Origin: an uncultured Lachnospiraceae bacterium
Lineage (GTDB): Bacteria > Bacillota > Clostridia > Lachnospirales > Lachnospiraceae
NCBI GenBank assembly: GCA_902496125.1
Contig: CABUZU010000001.1
Coordinates: 1-51,505 of the forward strand
Length of the DNA: 51,505 nt
Direction of reading: 5' to 3'
Part shown: piece after piece, positions 40,002-51,505 of the stretch
Numbering within the stretch: position 1 is the first letter of the stretch
Layout of the letters: each line of letters begins with the position of its first letter
Notes under the pieces: model-generated
Seen by the model: only the letters and a program-made list of their open reading frames with translations
What the model was told of the DNA's origin: nothing
Databases searched by the model: none
Position numbers and translations under genes: made by a program

Positions 40002-41279
40002 TTATTTCTTTGTCTTCTTTTCATTATAATTCTGTACCATACGAGCTTTTGAAGCTATGCCACCGTCTTTATAATTGTGATTTTCGTAATATTTAGAGCT
40101 ATCAACGTTCTTTAAATTTTTACTTGGCATGGTAGGCTCTTTCTTTACTTTAGTTTCTACTTTTTTACTATTATTACGATTTGCATTTGAAGCTTTTCCA
40201 CTTGCATCATCTCTAATAGGTGGTAGACCTTGTTTTGCTCGTTTCTTATTTTGCTTTTCTCGATTCTTCGCAATCATATCATCAATTGATATTCGATTCA
40301 TATAAGCATTGATACCTAATTGCTGGAAAATTCTTACTGTAGCACTTGCAATCCAATAAATACCAAGACCTGCTGGTAATGTGATACAAAATACAGCTGA
40401 CATAATTGGCATAAAAGTATTCATGCTCTTCATCGTTGCATTCATTGTATCATTCGCTTGTGAATTAGCATTGTTATTGTTTACTGACATTGTTAATTTC
40501 GTACTTAACCATTGAGTAAACCATGCTAAAATTGGAATAATAAGTGCAATAGAAAGCTTAAATCCAGGTGCTTCAGCTAAATTAATTCCTCCAAAAAAGG
40601 AATTCATACTCATAATTTGATTAATATGAGGCTGAATTTGACTTGCAATATTAGGGAATAGGTCTGTAAACTGTCCCCATTCTTTTATATCAAACTTATA
40701 GAATAAATCTACTAAATAATTTAATGATTCAGTTGACGAACCATCTAATAAATACTTACTTGTAGGCATTGAGTTTGCCGCTGCTAAATCTGCAATTTTT
40801 GTTACAAATCCGTCCTGTGCAACTGCTACATTTACAATTTCCATGAATACAGATTTAATACTCGTTACATAAGCTGGCACATTATAAATTACACGATATA
40901 ATGCTAATAAAATTAACATTTGCACAATCATCGGCATACAACCAGCTGTCATGGAAACACCATATTTTTCATAAACCGCCTGCTGCTCAGCCTGCTGCTT
41001 TTGCATAGACGCTTGGTCTGTTTTTCCTTTATACTTTGCTGCAATCTTTTGAAGTTCGGGACTCATTACAGCATTCATTTTCGAAAATTTCTGTTGTTTA
41101 AATGTTAATGGGAGTATAAAAAGATTAATTATTATAGTAAATAAAATAATAGCTAATGCAATGTTTGGAATGCCTATCAACTCACAAAACTTAAAAATTG
41201 CATTCATCAGATATCCCAGTACTTTTGCAACGGGTCCCAAAATAATCCCATCATACTGGGTTAGTACAATATAATTCAA
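40002..41279 (-). CDS. yidC: Membrane protein insertase YidC
   Basis: AIILFTI..ILPL, GCMPMIVQM and PAGLGIYW motifs; conserved position. Confidence 0.93.
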   Translation of the reverse strand: MNYIVLTQYDGIILGPVAKVLGYLMNAIFKFCELIGIPNIALAIILFTIIINLFILPLTFKQQKFSKMNAVMSPELQKIAAKYKGKTDQASMQKQQAEQQAVYEKYGVSMTAGCMPMIVQMLILLALYRVIYNVPAYVTSIKSVFMEIVNVAVAQDGFVTKIADLAAANSMPTSKYLLDGSSTESLNYLVDLFYKFDIKEWGQFTDLFPNIASQIQPHINQIMSMNSFFGGINLAEAPGFKLSIALIIPILAWFTQWLSTKLTMSVNNNNANSQANDTMNATMKSMNTFMPIMSAVFCITLPAGLGIYWIASATVRIFQQLGINAYMNRISIDDMIAKNREKQNKKRAKQGLPPIRDDASGKASNANRNNSKKVETKVKKEPTMPSKNLKNVDSSKYYENHNYKDGGIASKARMVQNYNEKKTKK

Positions 41280-41302
41280 AGGTTTGTCCTCCTACTTTTT
41301 GT

Positions 41303-41524
41303 TTAAGGAACAGGATCATATCCTCCTTTGGCAAAAGGATTACATCTCAATATTCGATAAACTGACAATACCCCACCTTTAATGACACCATATTTCTCTA
41401 ATGCTTCAATTGCATATTGAGAACATGTTGGATAATACTTACAACATGGTGCTATTTTCAATGGGGACAGATACTTTCGATATATTTTGATACAAAAAAT
41501 CAAACATCGTTTCATTATTATCAC
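41303..41524 (-). CDS. yidD: Membrane protein insertion efficiency factor
   Basis: [10 protein letters not shown]...[15 protein letters not shown]. Confidence 0.95.
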   Translation of the reverse strand: MIIMKRCLIFCIKIYRKYLSPLKIAPCCKYYPTCSQYAIEALEKYGVIKGGVLSVYRILRCNPFAKGGYDPVP

Positions 41525-41871
41525 TCTTTTTCATTGTTAACTAACAAATTATGAATTTTAAATAAATGCAACAATGCACTCTCTATTTCCTTGTAATCTT
41601 TATCTTTTGCACTTTGACGAGCTATTACAACAATATCATAACCCGTTTTTACTTGATTTACATGTAATCTAAAACTTTCCTTAATTAAACGTTTCACACG
41701 ATGCCTTACTACACTATTTCCTACTTTTTTACTAACGGAAATCCCAATCCTTACCGAATTATCTTCTACTTTAGATACATACATCACTAAATAACGATTG
41801 GCTTTTGATTTCCCATTCTTATAAATCTTGATGAAATCTTCGTTTTTTTTAATAGAAATTATAGAATTCAT
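41521..41871 (-). CDS. rnpA: Ribonuclease P protein component
   Basis: [21 protein letters not shown]; start probably ATG 41871. Confidence 0.95.
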   Translation of the reverse strand: MNSIISIKKNEDFIKIYKNGKSKANRYLVMYVSKVEDNSVRIGISVSKKVGNSVVRHRVKRLIKESFRLHVNQVKTGYDIVVIARQSAKDKDYKEIESALLHLFKIHNLLVNNEKE

Positions 41872-41906
41872 AAAGTCAAAACAAAAGGCCACAAAAAAAT
41901 TGCGGC

Positions 41907-42041
41907 CTATGCTGATAATTTCTTTCTACCTTTTGCTCTTCTTGCCTGCAATACTTTTCTTCCACCAGCAGAACTCATTCTTGCTCTAAAACCATGTACT
42001 TTAGATCTCTGTCTTTTCTTTGGCTGAAATGTCATTTTCAT
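41907..42041 (-). CDS. rpmH: 50S ribosomal protein L34 (missing from ORF track)
   Basis: [54 protein letters not shown]. Confidence 0.98.
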   Translation of the reverse strand: MKMTFQPKKRQRSKVHGFRARMSSAGGRKVLQARRAKGRKKLSA

Positions 42042-42151
42042 TATACATACACCTCCTTAAACAAATAATTATAGTAAAACATCATTCCCATTATATTAGA
42101 AGATTATAGTTACGTCAAGTATTTTTTTATTTTTAGAAAAAATATCTAAAG

Positions 42152-42251
42152 TTATCCACAATAACCCCCTAGTTATCCACAAGTTATCCACAATTTTTAA
42201 AGTTATCCACAAAATATCCACACTATGTGGATAACTTGTGACTTATCCACT
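42152..42251. promoter_or_regulatory. oriC upstream DnaA-box cluster
   Basis: TTATCCACA at 42152, 42173, 42184 and 42203; TGTGGATAA at 42226; near matches at 42214 and 42243. Confidence 0.93.
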
Positions 42252-42385
42252 ATATCTCGTGTATAAGATAGTTCATTTTTCTACATATTGTGTATAAAGA
42301 CTGCATTTACGATTGACTTGTTTTTTTTCCTTAATTATAGTAAACTTGGAATCGAACATGATAACAATGTAAAGAGAGGAATTTT

Positions 42386-43741
42386 ATGCTACAGACAATA
42401 AAAAACAACTGGGAGCATATTCTGCAAAATTTAAAAGTAGACCAAGAAGTATCACCGGTTTCATTTGAAACATGGCTAGAACCACTTCAACCTGTGTCAT
42501 TTGAGAATAATACTTTAACAATATTATTTCCTGGAGAAAATTTTGGAATTGATTATATTCAAAAAAAATATGGTTTTTTCCTAAAGTTTCATATACAAGA
42601 TGTTACGGGTATTGCTTGCGACTTAGTTTTTACTAAAAAGCATGAATATGAACCCTCTAGTACCGTAAAACAAGAACCATCTTTAAGTATCACTTCATTA
42701 AATAGTGGACTTAACCCTAAATATACATTTGATTCCTTTGTAGTAGGTTCAAATAATCGTATGGCATCTGCTGCTGCCCTAGCTGTTGCCGAATCTCCTG
42801 CCGAGGCATTTAACCCTTTATTTATCTATGGGGGTGTTGGTCTTGGTAAAACACATTTAATGCATTCAATTGGAAACTTTATCTTAAAAAACAATTCTAA
42901 TATTAAGATAACTTATACCACATCCGAAGTATTTACAAATGAACTTATTGATTCTATTCGTAATAAGAACAATAAGGCAACGATTGAATTTAGAGAAAAA
43001 TATCGTGGCACCGATGTTCTTTTAGTCGATGATATTCAATTCATTGTAGATAAGGAAAGTACTCAAGAAGAATTTTTCCATACCTTTAATGCATTATACC
43101 AAAGTAAAAAACAAATCATCCTTTCTTCGGATAGACCACCTAATGAAATGAAATTATTAGAAGAAAGACTTCGTTCACGATTTGCTGGTGGACTTACCGT
43201 AAGTATATCAGAACCTGATTATGAAACTCGTATGGCCATCCTTCAAAAGAAAGATGAGGCCGAAGGCTATCATATGAGTAATGAAATTATTAAATATATT
43301 GCTGCTCATGTAAAGTCGAACATTCGTGAACTCGAAGGAGCATTGACTAAGGTAGTGGCTTTTTCAAGACTTGAGAATAAAGAACTGACTCTTTCTTCTG
43401 TTGCAGATATTTTAAAAGACCAAATCGCTCCACAAGAAGAAACACCAGATATTACACCTGAATTAATTATTCGAACTGTTGCTGAATATTTTGAAATCAG
43501 TATTGACGATATCTGTTCTTCAAAGCGAAGTAAAGATATTGCTTATCCGCGACAAATTGCAATGTTCTTATGTAAAGACATGACATCTATCCCATTACAA
43601 ATCATTGGACAAAAATTAGGAAAGAAAGATCATTCGACTATTATACATGGTTGCGACAAGATAAAAAAGGACTTAGTAAACAATGAAAGCTTACAAAATA
43701 CCATAAATGTATTGCGTAAAAAGATTAACCCTTTGTTTTAA
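42386..43741 (+). CDS. dnaA: Chromosomal replication initiator DnaA
   Basis: GGVGLGKTHL, DDIQF, NIRELEGAL, PRQIAM and KDHSTI motifs. Confidence 0.99.
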   Translation: MLQTIKNNWEHILQNLKVDQEVSPVSFETWLEPLQPVSFENNTLTILFPGENFGIDYIQKKYGFFLKFHIQDVTGIACDLVFTKKHEYEPSSTVKQEPSLSITSLNSGLNPKYTFDSFVVGSNNRMASAAALAVAESPAEAFNPLFIYGGVGLGKTHLMHSIGNFILKNNSNIKITYTTSEVFTNELIDSIRNKNNKATIEFREKYRGTDVLLVDDIQFIVDKESTQEEFFHTFNALYQSKKQIILSSDRPPNEMKLLEERLRSRFAGGLTVSISEPDYETRMAILQKKDEAEGYHMSNEIIKYIAAHVKSNIRELEGALTKVVAFSRLENKELTLSSVADILKDQIAPQEETPDITPELIIRTVAEYFEISIDDICSSKRSKDIAYPRQIAMFLCKDMTSIPLQIIGQKLGKKDHSTIIHGCDKIKKDLVNNESLQNTINVLRKKINPLF

Positions 43742-43749
43742 CCTCACAT

Positions 43750-44040
43750 TTATCCATAAAAAACAACATTTATCCACAGAGTTATCCACAATTTATGTGG
43801 ATAACTCTGTGGATAGTGTGTGGATAACTTGTGGATAACTCGTGCTTTTATTTTTCCATGTGGATAACTCGCAAGTTATCCACACACTATCCACAAGTTA
43901 TCCACAAGTTATCCACAACGAAAACCCTTGTATTTACAAGCTAAAACCCACTTATCCACATATCCACATCCCCTACTACTACTACTACTAAATAAAACAT
44001 ACATATTATACATAATTATCCACGAAAGGAGTTATCCACA
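43750..44040. promoter_or_regulatory. oriC downstream region: about 16 DnaA boxes, DnaA-trios and AT-rich DUE
   Basis: Dense TTATCCACA/TGTGGATAA boxes; tandem boxes 43952-43968 followed by (CTA)6 at 43973-43990. Confidence 0.95.
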
Positions 44041-44043
44041 AAT

Positions 44044-45147
44044 ATGAAAGTCATTTTTTCAAAGAACGATTTATTAAATGGACTAAACATTGTATCAAAA
44101 GCAGTAGCATCAAAATCAACAATGAGTATTTTAGAATGTATTTTAATTGATGCTCAAGATGAACAAGTTATTTTAACAGCTAATGATATGGAACTTGGAA
44201 TTGAAACAAAATTTATGGCACATGTTGTTGAATCTGGTAAGACAGCTGTTGAAGCAAAACTGTTTACCGAAATTATAAGAAAATTACCAGATAGCCAAAT
44301 CATACTAGAAATGAAAAATAACAGCATTCAAATTAGTTGTGAAAATGCATTATTTAAAATTCCTTGTTTTTCAACAGATGAATTTACGTATTTACCAGAT
44401 ATCAACAAAGAAGAATATATTAAGATTTCACAATTTACCTTAAAGGATATTATTAGACAAACAATATTCGCATTATCACCAGGAGATAATAATCCTTTAA
44501 TGACTGGGGAACTATTCGAAGTTTTTGAAAATCAATTAAAGGTAGTCTCATTAGATGGTCATCGTATTGCAATTCGTACGGTAATCTTAAATGAAGTGTA
44601 CCCTTATCACAAAGTAATTATTCCTGGTAAGGTTTTAAATGAAATTAGTAAGATTTTAAATGGAGACCGTGAAAGTCAAGTAATAATTTATTTTACAAAG
44701 AATCATGTTTGTTTTGAATTTGATGAGACAGTAGTGGTATCTAGACTTATTGAAGGTGAATATTTTAAGATTGAACAAATGTTATCAGCAGATTATATTA
44801 CTAGCATTGAGGTAAATAAAAAGAATTTATTAAGCAGTATTGAACGTTCAACTTTATTAGTTAAAGAAAGTGATAAAAAGCCAATTATTTTAACAATTAC
44901 AAATAATAAAATGGAATTAGTAATGAATTCATCATTGGGCTCTATGCGTGAGGAAATTGAAATTACACAATTTGGTAATGATATTCAAATCGCATTTAAT
45001 CCAAGATTTTTAATTGAAGCATTAAAAGCAATTGACGATGAAAATATTACTATGTATACTATCAATGCAAAAGCCCCTTGTTTTATTAAAGACAAAGAGG
45101 AATCATATATTTATTTGATTTTACCAGTTAATTTCAATACCATTTAA
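44044..45147 (+). CDS. dnaN: DNA polymerase III beta clamp
   Basis: ANDMELGI, SLDGHRI, SRLIEGEY, FNPRFL and YLILPV motifs. Confidence 0.98.
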   Translation: MKVIFSKNDLLNGLNIVSKAVASKSTMSILECILIDAQDEQVILTANDMELGIETKFMAHVVESGKTAVEAKLFTEIIRKLPDSQIILEMKNNSIQISCENALFKIPCFSTDEFTYLPDINKEEYIKISQFTLKDIIRQTIFALSPGDNNPLMTGELFEVFENQLKVVSLDGHRIAIRTVILNEVYPYHKVIIPGKVLNEISKILNGDRESQVIIYFTKNHVCFEFDETVVVSRLIEGEYFKIEQMLSADYITSIEVNKKNLLSSIERSTLLVKESDKKPIILTITNNKMELVMNSSLGSMREEIEITQFGNDIQIAFNPRFLIEALKAIDDENITMYTINAKAPCFIKDKEESYIYLILPVNFNTI

Positions 45148-45163
45148 ATTTTAGGAGAAAAAT

Positions 45164-45376
45164 ATGCAAGAATTAAAATTAAGAGATGAATTTATAAAAT
45201 TAGGACAGGCATTAAAAGCAGCTAATTTAGTTTCATCAGGAGTTGAGGCAAAAATTGTTGTTCAAGATGGGCAAGTTTTAGTAAATGGAGAAGTAGAAAC
45301 CCAAAGAGGTAAGAAATTACATGATGGTGATGTAGTTACTTACCAAGGAGAATCTGTAAAGATTGTTGCAAATTAG
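45164..45376 (+). CDS. yaaA: S4-domain RNA-binding protein
   Basis: FIKLGQALK...SGVEAK...VNGEVETQRGKKL. Confidence 0.92.
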   Translation: MQELKLRDEFIKLGQALKAANLVSSGVEAKIVVQDGQVLVNGEVETQRGKKLHDGDVVTYQGESVKIVAN

Positions 45377-45378
45377 TT

Positions 45379-46479
45379 ATGATTATAAAGCATATAGAGC
45401 TAAGCAATTTTAGAAATTATAAAGAGCTTAGTTTAAATTTTCATAGTGGAACAAATATTTTTTATGGAGATAATGCACAGGGCAAGACAAATATTTTAGA
45501 AAGTATTTGTCTTTGCAGTACAGCAAAGTCTCATAGGACAAATAAAGACAGAGAGCTTATTTATTTTAGCGAGGAAGAAGCTCATATAAAGTTGTTTTTA
45601 GAAAAGAAAAATTCAGAATATCGGATTGACGTTCATCTAAAAGCAAATAAACCAAAGGGTATTGCAATCAATGGAATACCGATTCATAAAATCAGTGAAC
45701 TATTAGGAATTTTAAACTTAATATTTTTTTCACCAGAGGATTTAAATTTAATTAAAAGAGGTCCAAGTGAAAGAAGAAGATTTTTAGATATTGAGTTATG
45801 TCAATTAAATTCGTTTTATACAAACTCTTTAGCTAGCTATAACAAAGTGTTGAATCAAAGAAATCATCTTCTTAAGGATCTCTTTTTTCAACCTGGATTA
45901 ATTGATACTTTAGATATTTGGGACTTACAACTTTGCAATTATGGCAAAAATGTCATGAGAGAAAGAAAAAAATTTATCGAAGAATTAAATCAAATCATTG
46001 TAGAGATTCATAAAAACCTTACATCAGGTAAAGAAACGATAGAGCTTATTTATGAACCTAGTGTTGAAGAGGAAGATTTTGAAAAAAATTTAAATGATTT
46101 AAGAGAAAGAGAAATAAAGCAAAAGATATCATTAATTGGTCCGCATAGAGACGATATTTGTTTTTTAGTAAATGGAATTGATATTCGAAAATTTGGTTCA
46201 CAAGGGCAACAGCGTACAGCAGCATTATCTTTAAAATTATCAGAAATTGCTTTAATAAAAAAAATACGCAATGATACACCGGTACTTCTTTTAGATGATG
46301 TGATGTCGGAATTAGATAATAGCAGACAGCTACAATTATTAAATTATGTCTCTAGTGTACAAACTTTTTTGACCTGTACAGGACTTGATGATTTAGTAAA
46401 TTGTCATTTCCCGATTGATAGATTATTTTTCGTATCAGAAGGAAAAGTTATTTGCAAAAATACTAGAGAAGAGTTATAA
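45379..46479 (+). CDS. recF: DNA replication/repair protein RecF
   Basis: GDNAQGKTN, GPSERRRFLD, GPHRDD, GSQGQQR and LLLDDVMSELD motifs. Confidence 0.98.
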   Translation: MIIKHIELSNFRNYKELSLNFHSGTNIFYGDNAQGKTNILESICLCSTAKSHRTNKDRELIYFSEEEAHIKLFLEKKNSEYRIDVHLKANKPKGIAINGIPIHKISELLGILNLIFFSPEDLNLIKRGPSERRRFLDIELCQLNSFYTNSLASYNKVLNQRNHLLKDLFFQPGLIDTLDIWDLQLCNYGKNVMRERKKFIEELNQIIVEIHKNLTSGKETIELIYEPSVEEEDFEKNLNDLREREIKQKISLIGPHRDDICFLVNGIDIRKFGSQGQQRTAALSLKLSEIALIKKIRNDTPVLLLDDVMSELDNSRQLQLLNYVSSVQTFLTCTGLDDLVNCHFPIDRLFFVSEGKVICKNTREEL

Positions 46480-46505
46480 TAAAATTTAAGACAATCATTA
46501 ATTAG

Positions 46506-48467
<1,962 letters not shown>

Positions 48468-48486
48468 TTTGTTTGGAGGTAAAACA

Positions 48487-50994
48487 ATGGACGATACCAT
48501 ATTTGATAAAGTTCAAGAGGTAGACTTAAAGAAAACAATGGAAACTTCTTACATCGATTATGCAATGAGTGTAATTGCTGCAAGAGCATTGCCAGATGTA
48601 AGAGATGGATTAAAGCCAGTTCAACGAAGAATTCTTTTTTCGATGATTGAGTTAAATAATGGACCAGACAAGCCACATCGTAAATGTGCACGTATTGTCG
48701 GTGATACCATGGGTAAATATCATCCTCATGGTGATAGTTCAATCTATGAGGCATTAGTAAAATTAGCACAAGATTTTAATACAAGATATCCATTAGTTGA
48801 TGGACATGGAAATTTCGGTTCAGTTGATGGTGATGGTGCAGCTGCGATGCGTTATACAGAAGCAAGACTTAGTAAAATATCTATGGAAATGCTAGCTGAT
48901 ATCAATAAAAATACAGTTGATTTTGAACCAAACTTTGACGAAACAGAAAAAGAACCAGTAATTTTACCAAGTCGTTATCCGAATTTATTGGTAAATGGAA
49001 CATCAGGAATTGCTGTAGGTATGGCAACGAATATTCCACCTCACAATTTAAAAGAAACGATTGATGCGGTTGTTAAAATTATTGATAATCGTGTCATGGA
49101 AAACAGAGAAACGGATATCGAAGAATTAATGGATATCATAAAAGGACCTGATTTTCCAACTGGTGCGACCATTATGGGAAGACGTGGTATTGAAGAGGCT
49201 TATCGTACTGGTAGAGGAAAGATTCGCGTAAAAGCAGTAACAGATATTGAAACCATGGCAAATGGTAAGAGTCGTATTGTCGTAACTGAGTTACCTTACA
49301 TGGTAAATAAGGCAAAATTAATTGAGAAAATAGCAGAATTGGTTCGAGATAAGAAGATTAGTGGTATAACGGACTTAAGAGATGAATCAGACCGTTTTGG
49401 TATGAGAGTTTGTATTGAACTTAGAAGAGACGTAAACGCTAATGTTATTTTAAATCAATTATATAAACACACGCAGTTGATGGATACTTTTGGTGTAAAT
49501 ATGTTAGCTTTAGTAAACAAAGAGCCAAAGGTACTTAATTTAAAACAGATGCTAGAAGAATATTTAAAGCATCAAGAAGAAGTTGTTACAAGAAGAACCA
49601 AATATGAATTAAATAAGGCAAAAGAACGAGCTCATATTTTGCAGGGATTATTAATTGCCTTAGACCATATTGATGAAGTAATTTCAATTGTTAGAAGTTC
49701 TAAAACTGCACAAGTTGCAAAGGAACGTTTAAGCGAGAGATTTGGACTTAGTAATGCACAAGCACAAGCAATTGTTGATATGCGTATTCGTGCACTTACT
49801 GGATTAGAAAGAGAGAAATTACAAAACGAATATAAAGAATTACAAGAAAAGATTGCTTATTATGAATCTATTTTAGCAGATGAGAATAAGTTATTAATGG
49901 TTATTCGTGGCGAAATTTCTGAAATTGCTAATAAATATGCAGATGAAAGAAGAACTGCTATTGGTAGAGATGAAGGAGAATTGTTAGACGAGGATTTAAT
50001 TCCTGATGAATCGGTTGTCATTGCAATGACACGTTTAGGTTATATCAAACGTATGTCAATTACAAACTTTAAGAGTCAGCACCGTGGTGGTAAGGGAATT
50101 AAAGGTATGCAGACAGTTGCAGAGGACTTTATTGAAGATTTAATGCTTACTACAACGCATCATTATTTGATGTTCTTTACGAATAAAGGAAAAGTATATC
50201 GCCTTAAAGCTTATGAAATTCCAGAAGCTGGTAGAACTGCAAGAGGAACTGCGATTGTCAATCTATTACAGATTGATTCTGGTTCCGGTGAACGAGTAAC
50301 TGCTGTGATTCCAATTCGTGAATATAAAGAAGGAGCTAGTCTATTTATGGCTACTCATAATGGACTTGTAAAGAAAACTGCTATCAAAGAATATGTAAAC
50401 ATTAGAAAGAGTGGATTACAAGCAATTACGTTAAGAGAAGGCGATGAGCTTATTGAAGTAAAACCTACTGATGGTACAAAGGATATTTTCCTTGTTACAG
50501 CTAAGGGACAGTGTATTCGTTTCCATGAAAGTGATGTAAGAGCAACAGGACGTACAAGTATGGGTGTCATTGGTATGAAACTTGACAAAGATGATTGTGT
50601 CATTGGTATGCAGTTAAATAGTCAAGGTGAATATTTACTAGTAGTATCTTCTAATGGTTTAGGTAAAAAGACCTCTATTTCTGAATTTACTCCTCAAAAT
50701 AGAGGTGGCAAAGGTGTTAAGTGCTATAAAATCAATGAGAAGACCGGTGACATTGTCGGTGCTAAGATGGTAAAAGATAATCAAGAATTAATGATTATTA
50801 CAACAGAAGGAATTATTATTCGAATTACTGTGGAGGGAATTTCTACATTGGGTAGAATAACCTCAGGTGTAAAATTAATAGATATTGATTCAGAGGCAGG
50901 AATTTCTGTAGCAAGTGTAGCAAAAGTTAGAGAACGCGATATTTGTACTGAAGAAGAAGGAGAAGTTCAAACTGTAAAAGAGGAAAATAACTAG
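48487..50994 (+). CDS. gyrA: DNA gyrase subunit A
   Basis: [22 protein letters not shown] motifs and GyrA-box QHRGGKG. Confidence 0.98.
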   Translation: MDDTIFDKVQEVDLKKTMETSYIDYAMSVIAARALPDVRDGLKPVQRRILFSMIELNNGPDKPHRKCARIVGDTMGKYHPHGDSSIYEALVKLAQDFNTRYPLVDGHGNFGSVDGDGAAAMRYTEARLSKISMEMLADINKNTVDFEPNFDETEKEPVILPSRYPNLLVNGTSGIAVGMATNIPPHNLKETIDAVVKIIDNRVMENRETDIEELMDIIKGPDFPTGATIMGRRGIEEAYRTGRGKIRVKAVTDIETMANGKSRIVVTELPYMVNKAKLIEKIAELVRDKKISGITDLRDESDRFGMRVCIELRRDVNANVILNQLYKHTQLMDTFGVNMLALVNKEPKVLNLKQMLEEYLKHQEEVVTRRTKYELNKAKERAHILQGLLIALDHIDEVISIVRSSKTAQVAKERLSERFGLSNAQAQAIVDMRIRALTGLEREKLQNEYKELQEKIAYYESILADENKLLMVIRGEISEIANKYADERRTAIGRDEGELLDEDLIPDESVVIAMTRLGYIKRMSITNFKSQHRGGKGIKGMQTVAEDFIEDLMLTTTHHYLMFFTNKGKVYRLKAYEIPEAGRTARGTAIVNLLQIDSGSGERVTAVIPIREYKEGASLFMATHNGLVKKTAIKEYVNIRKSGLQAITLREGDELIEVKPTDGTKDIFLVTAKGQCIRFHESDVRATGRTSMGVIGMKLDKDDCVIGMQLNSQGEYLLVVSSNGLGKKTSISEFTPQNRGGKGVKCYKINEKTGDIVGAKMVKDNQELMIITTEGIIIRITVEGISTLGRITSGVKLIDIDSEAGISVASVAKVRERDICTEEEGEVQTVKEENN

Positions 50995-51032
50995 TATTTT
51001 ATCAAGGGATTTTTTAAATTAAAAAAAATCCC

Positions 51033-51061
51033 TTGACAAGTTAGCTAAGAATAAGTATAAT
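51033..51061 (+). promoter_or_regulatory. Sigma-A promoter for tRNA-Ser
   Basis: Consensus TTGACA-17-TATAAT; the -35 overlaps the inverted repeat 51002-51036 after gyrA. Confidence 0.9.
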
Positions 51062-51114
51062 AACAGATGTCTCTTGTGAGATAATAACGCATAAATATGG
51101 ATTTTAATTTGTTT

Positions 51115-51202
51115 GGAGAAATACTCAAGTGGCCGAAGAGGTGCCCCTGCTAAGGGTATAGGTCGTTCACGCGGCGCGAGGGTTCAAATCCCTCTTTCTC
51201 CG
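51115..51202 (+). tRNA. tRNA-Ser (GCT)
   Basis: Acceptor stem GGAGAAA/TTTCTCC, anticodon arm TGCCC-CT-GCT-AA-GGGTA, long variable arm, GGTTCAAATCC; CCA not encoded. Confidence 0.95.
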
Positions 51203-51278
51203 TTCTTCCATAGATATGCGTTTTTATTTGCTTATATCATTATGGAATATGTAAATAAAAAAATAAACAAAAAAGTTG

Positions 51279-51505
51279 TTGACAAATAATTATTTACATG
51301 GTAGTATATATGAGCGTTGTGAGTAAGAAACACAAACAACAAAAATAAATAAAAAAAGTTCTTGACAAAGACAACAACTTATGATAAGATATCAGAGTTG
51401 CTGATGAAAAAGAACAGCACAGAACCTTGATAATAAAACAATACATTCCAACCCTGAAAGATTCTAAAAGAGAATAATTCAGAACAAACGAGCATTAGTA
51501 ACAAA
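51279..51505 (+). promoter_or_regulatory. Tandem P1/P2 promoters and leader, probably of an rRNA operon beyond the window
   Basis: TTGACA-17-TAGTAT (51279-51307) and TTGACA-17-TAAGAT (51362-51390), each with an A-tract UP element; boxA-like AACCTTGATAA at about 51423. Confidence 0.75.

Noticed and set aside
43750..43968. Repeat cluster that might be taken for a CRISPR array
   Set aside because: Units are 9-bp DnaA boxes in both orientations with no spacers; no cas genes in the window.
51391..51505. 16S rRNA gene
   Set aside because: Only promoters and leader are present; the mature 16S start is not in the window.

Overview
Low-GC Bacillota (Lachnospiraceae-like by gene content) chromosomal segment spanning the replication origin. 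The right third is the canonical core: rsmG-mnmG-mnmE-jag-yidC-yidD-rnpA-rpmH / oriC / dnaA-dnaN-yaaA-recF-gyrB-gyrA, then tRNA-Ser and a probable rrn promoter/leader. DnaA boxes flank dnaA on both sides, and there is a six-unit DnaA-trio unwinding element. Seven parS sites lie to the left: two inside CDSs and two at the core of long perfect palindromes that resemble terminators. The left part holds a pilin gene broken by an IS200/IS605-type end, a class C sortase, an internally deleted tnpB that keeps its omegaRNA/right end, an MBOAT-DHHW-DUF4358-SGNH acylation cluster and housekeeping genes. An accessory stretch (about 18.4-29.1 kb) carries an ATPase+TOPRIM-like pair, a RelBE remnant, a two-component system, a Rep-like/XRE pair and a GGDEF gene. 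Best candidates for something new: (1) an uncharacterised Zn-finger/wHTH initiator-like gene with an iteron-like TCATCA array beside rsmG, about 7 kb from oriC; (2) a defence-like ATPase+TOPRIM cassette bracketed by 37-bp parS-containing direct repeats; (3) a parAB block in reversed orientation that is bounded by parS sites. Product calls come from motif recognition only; no database searches were run.
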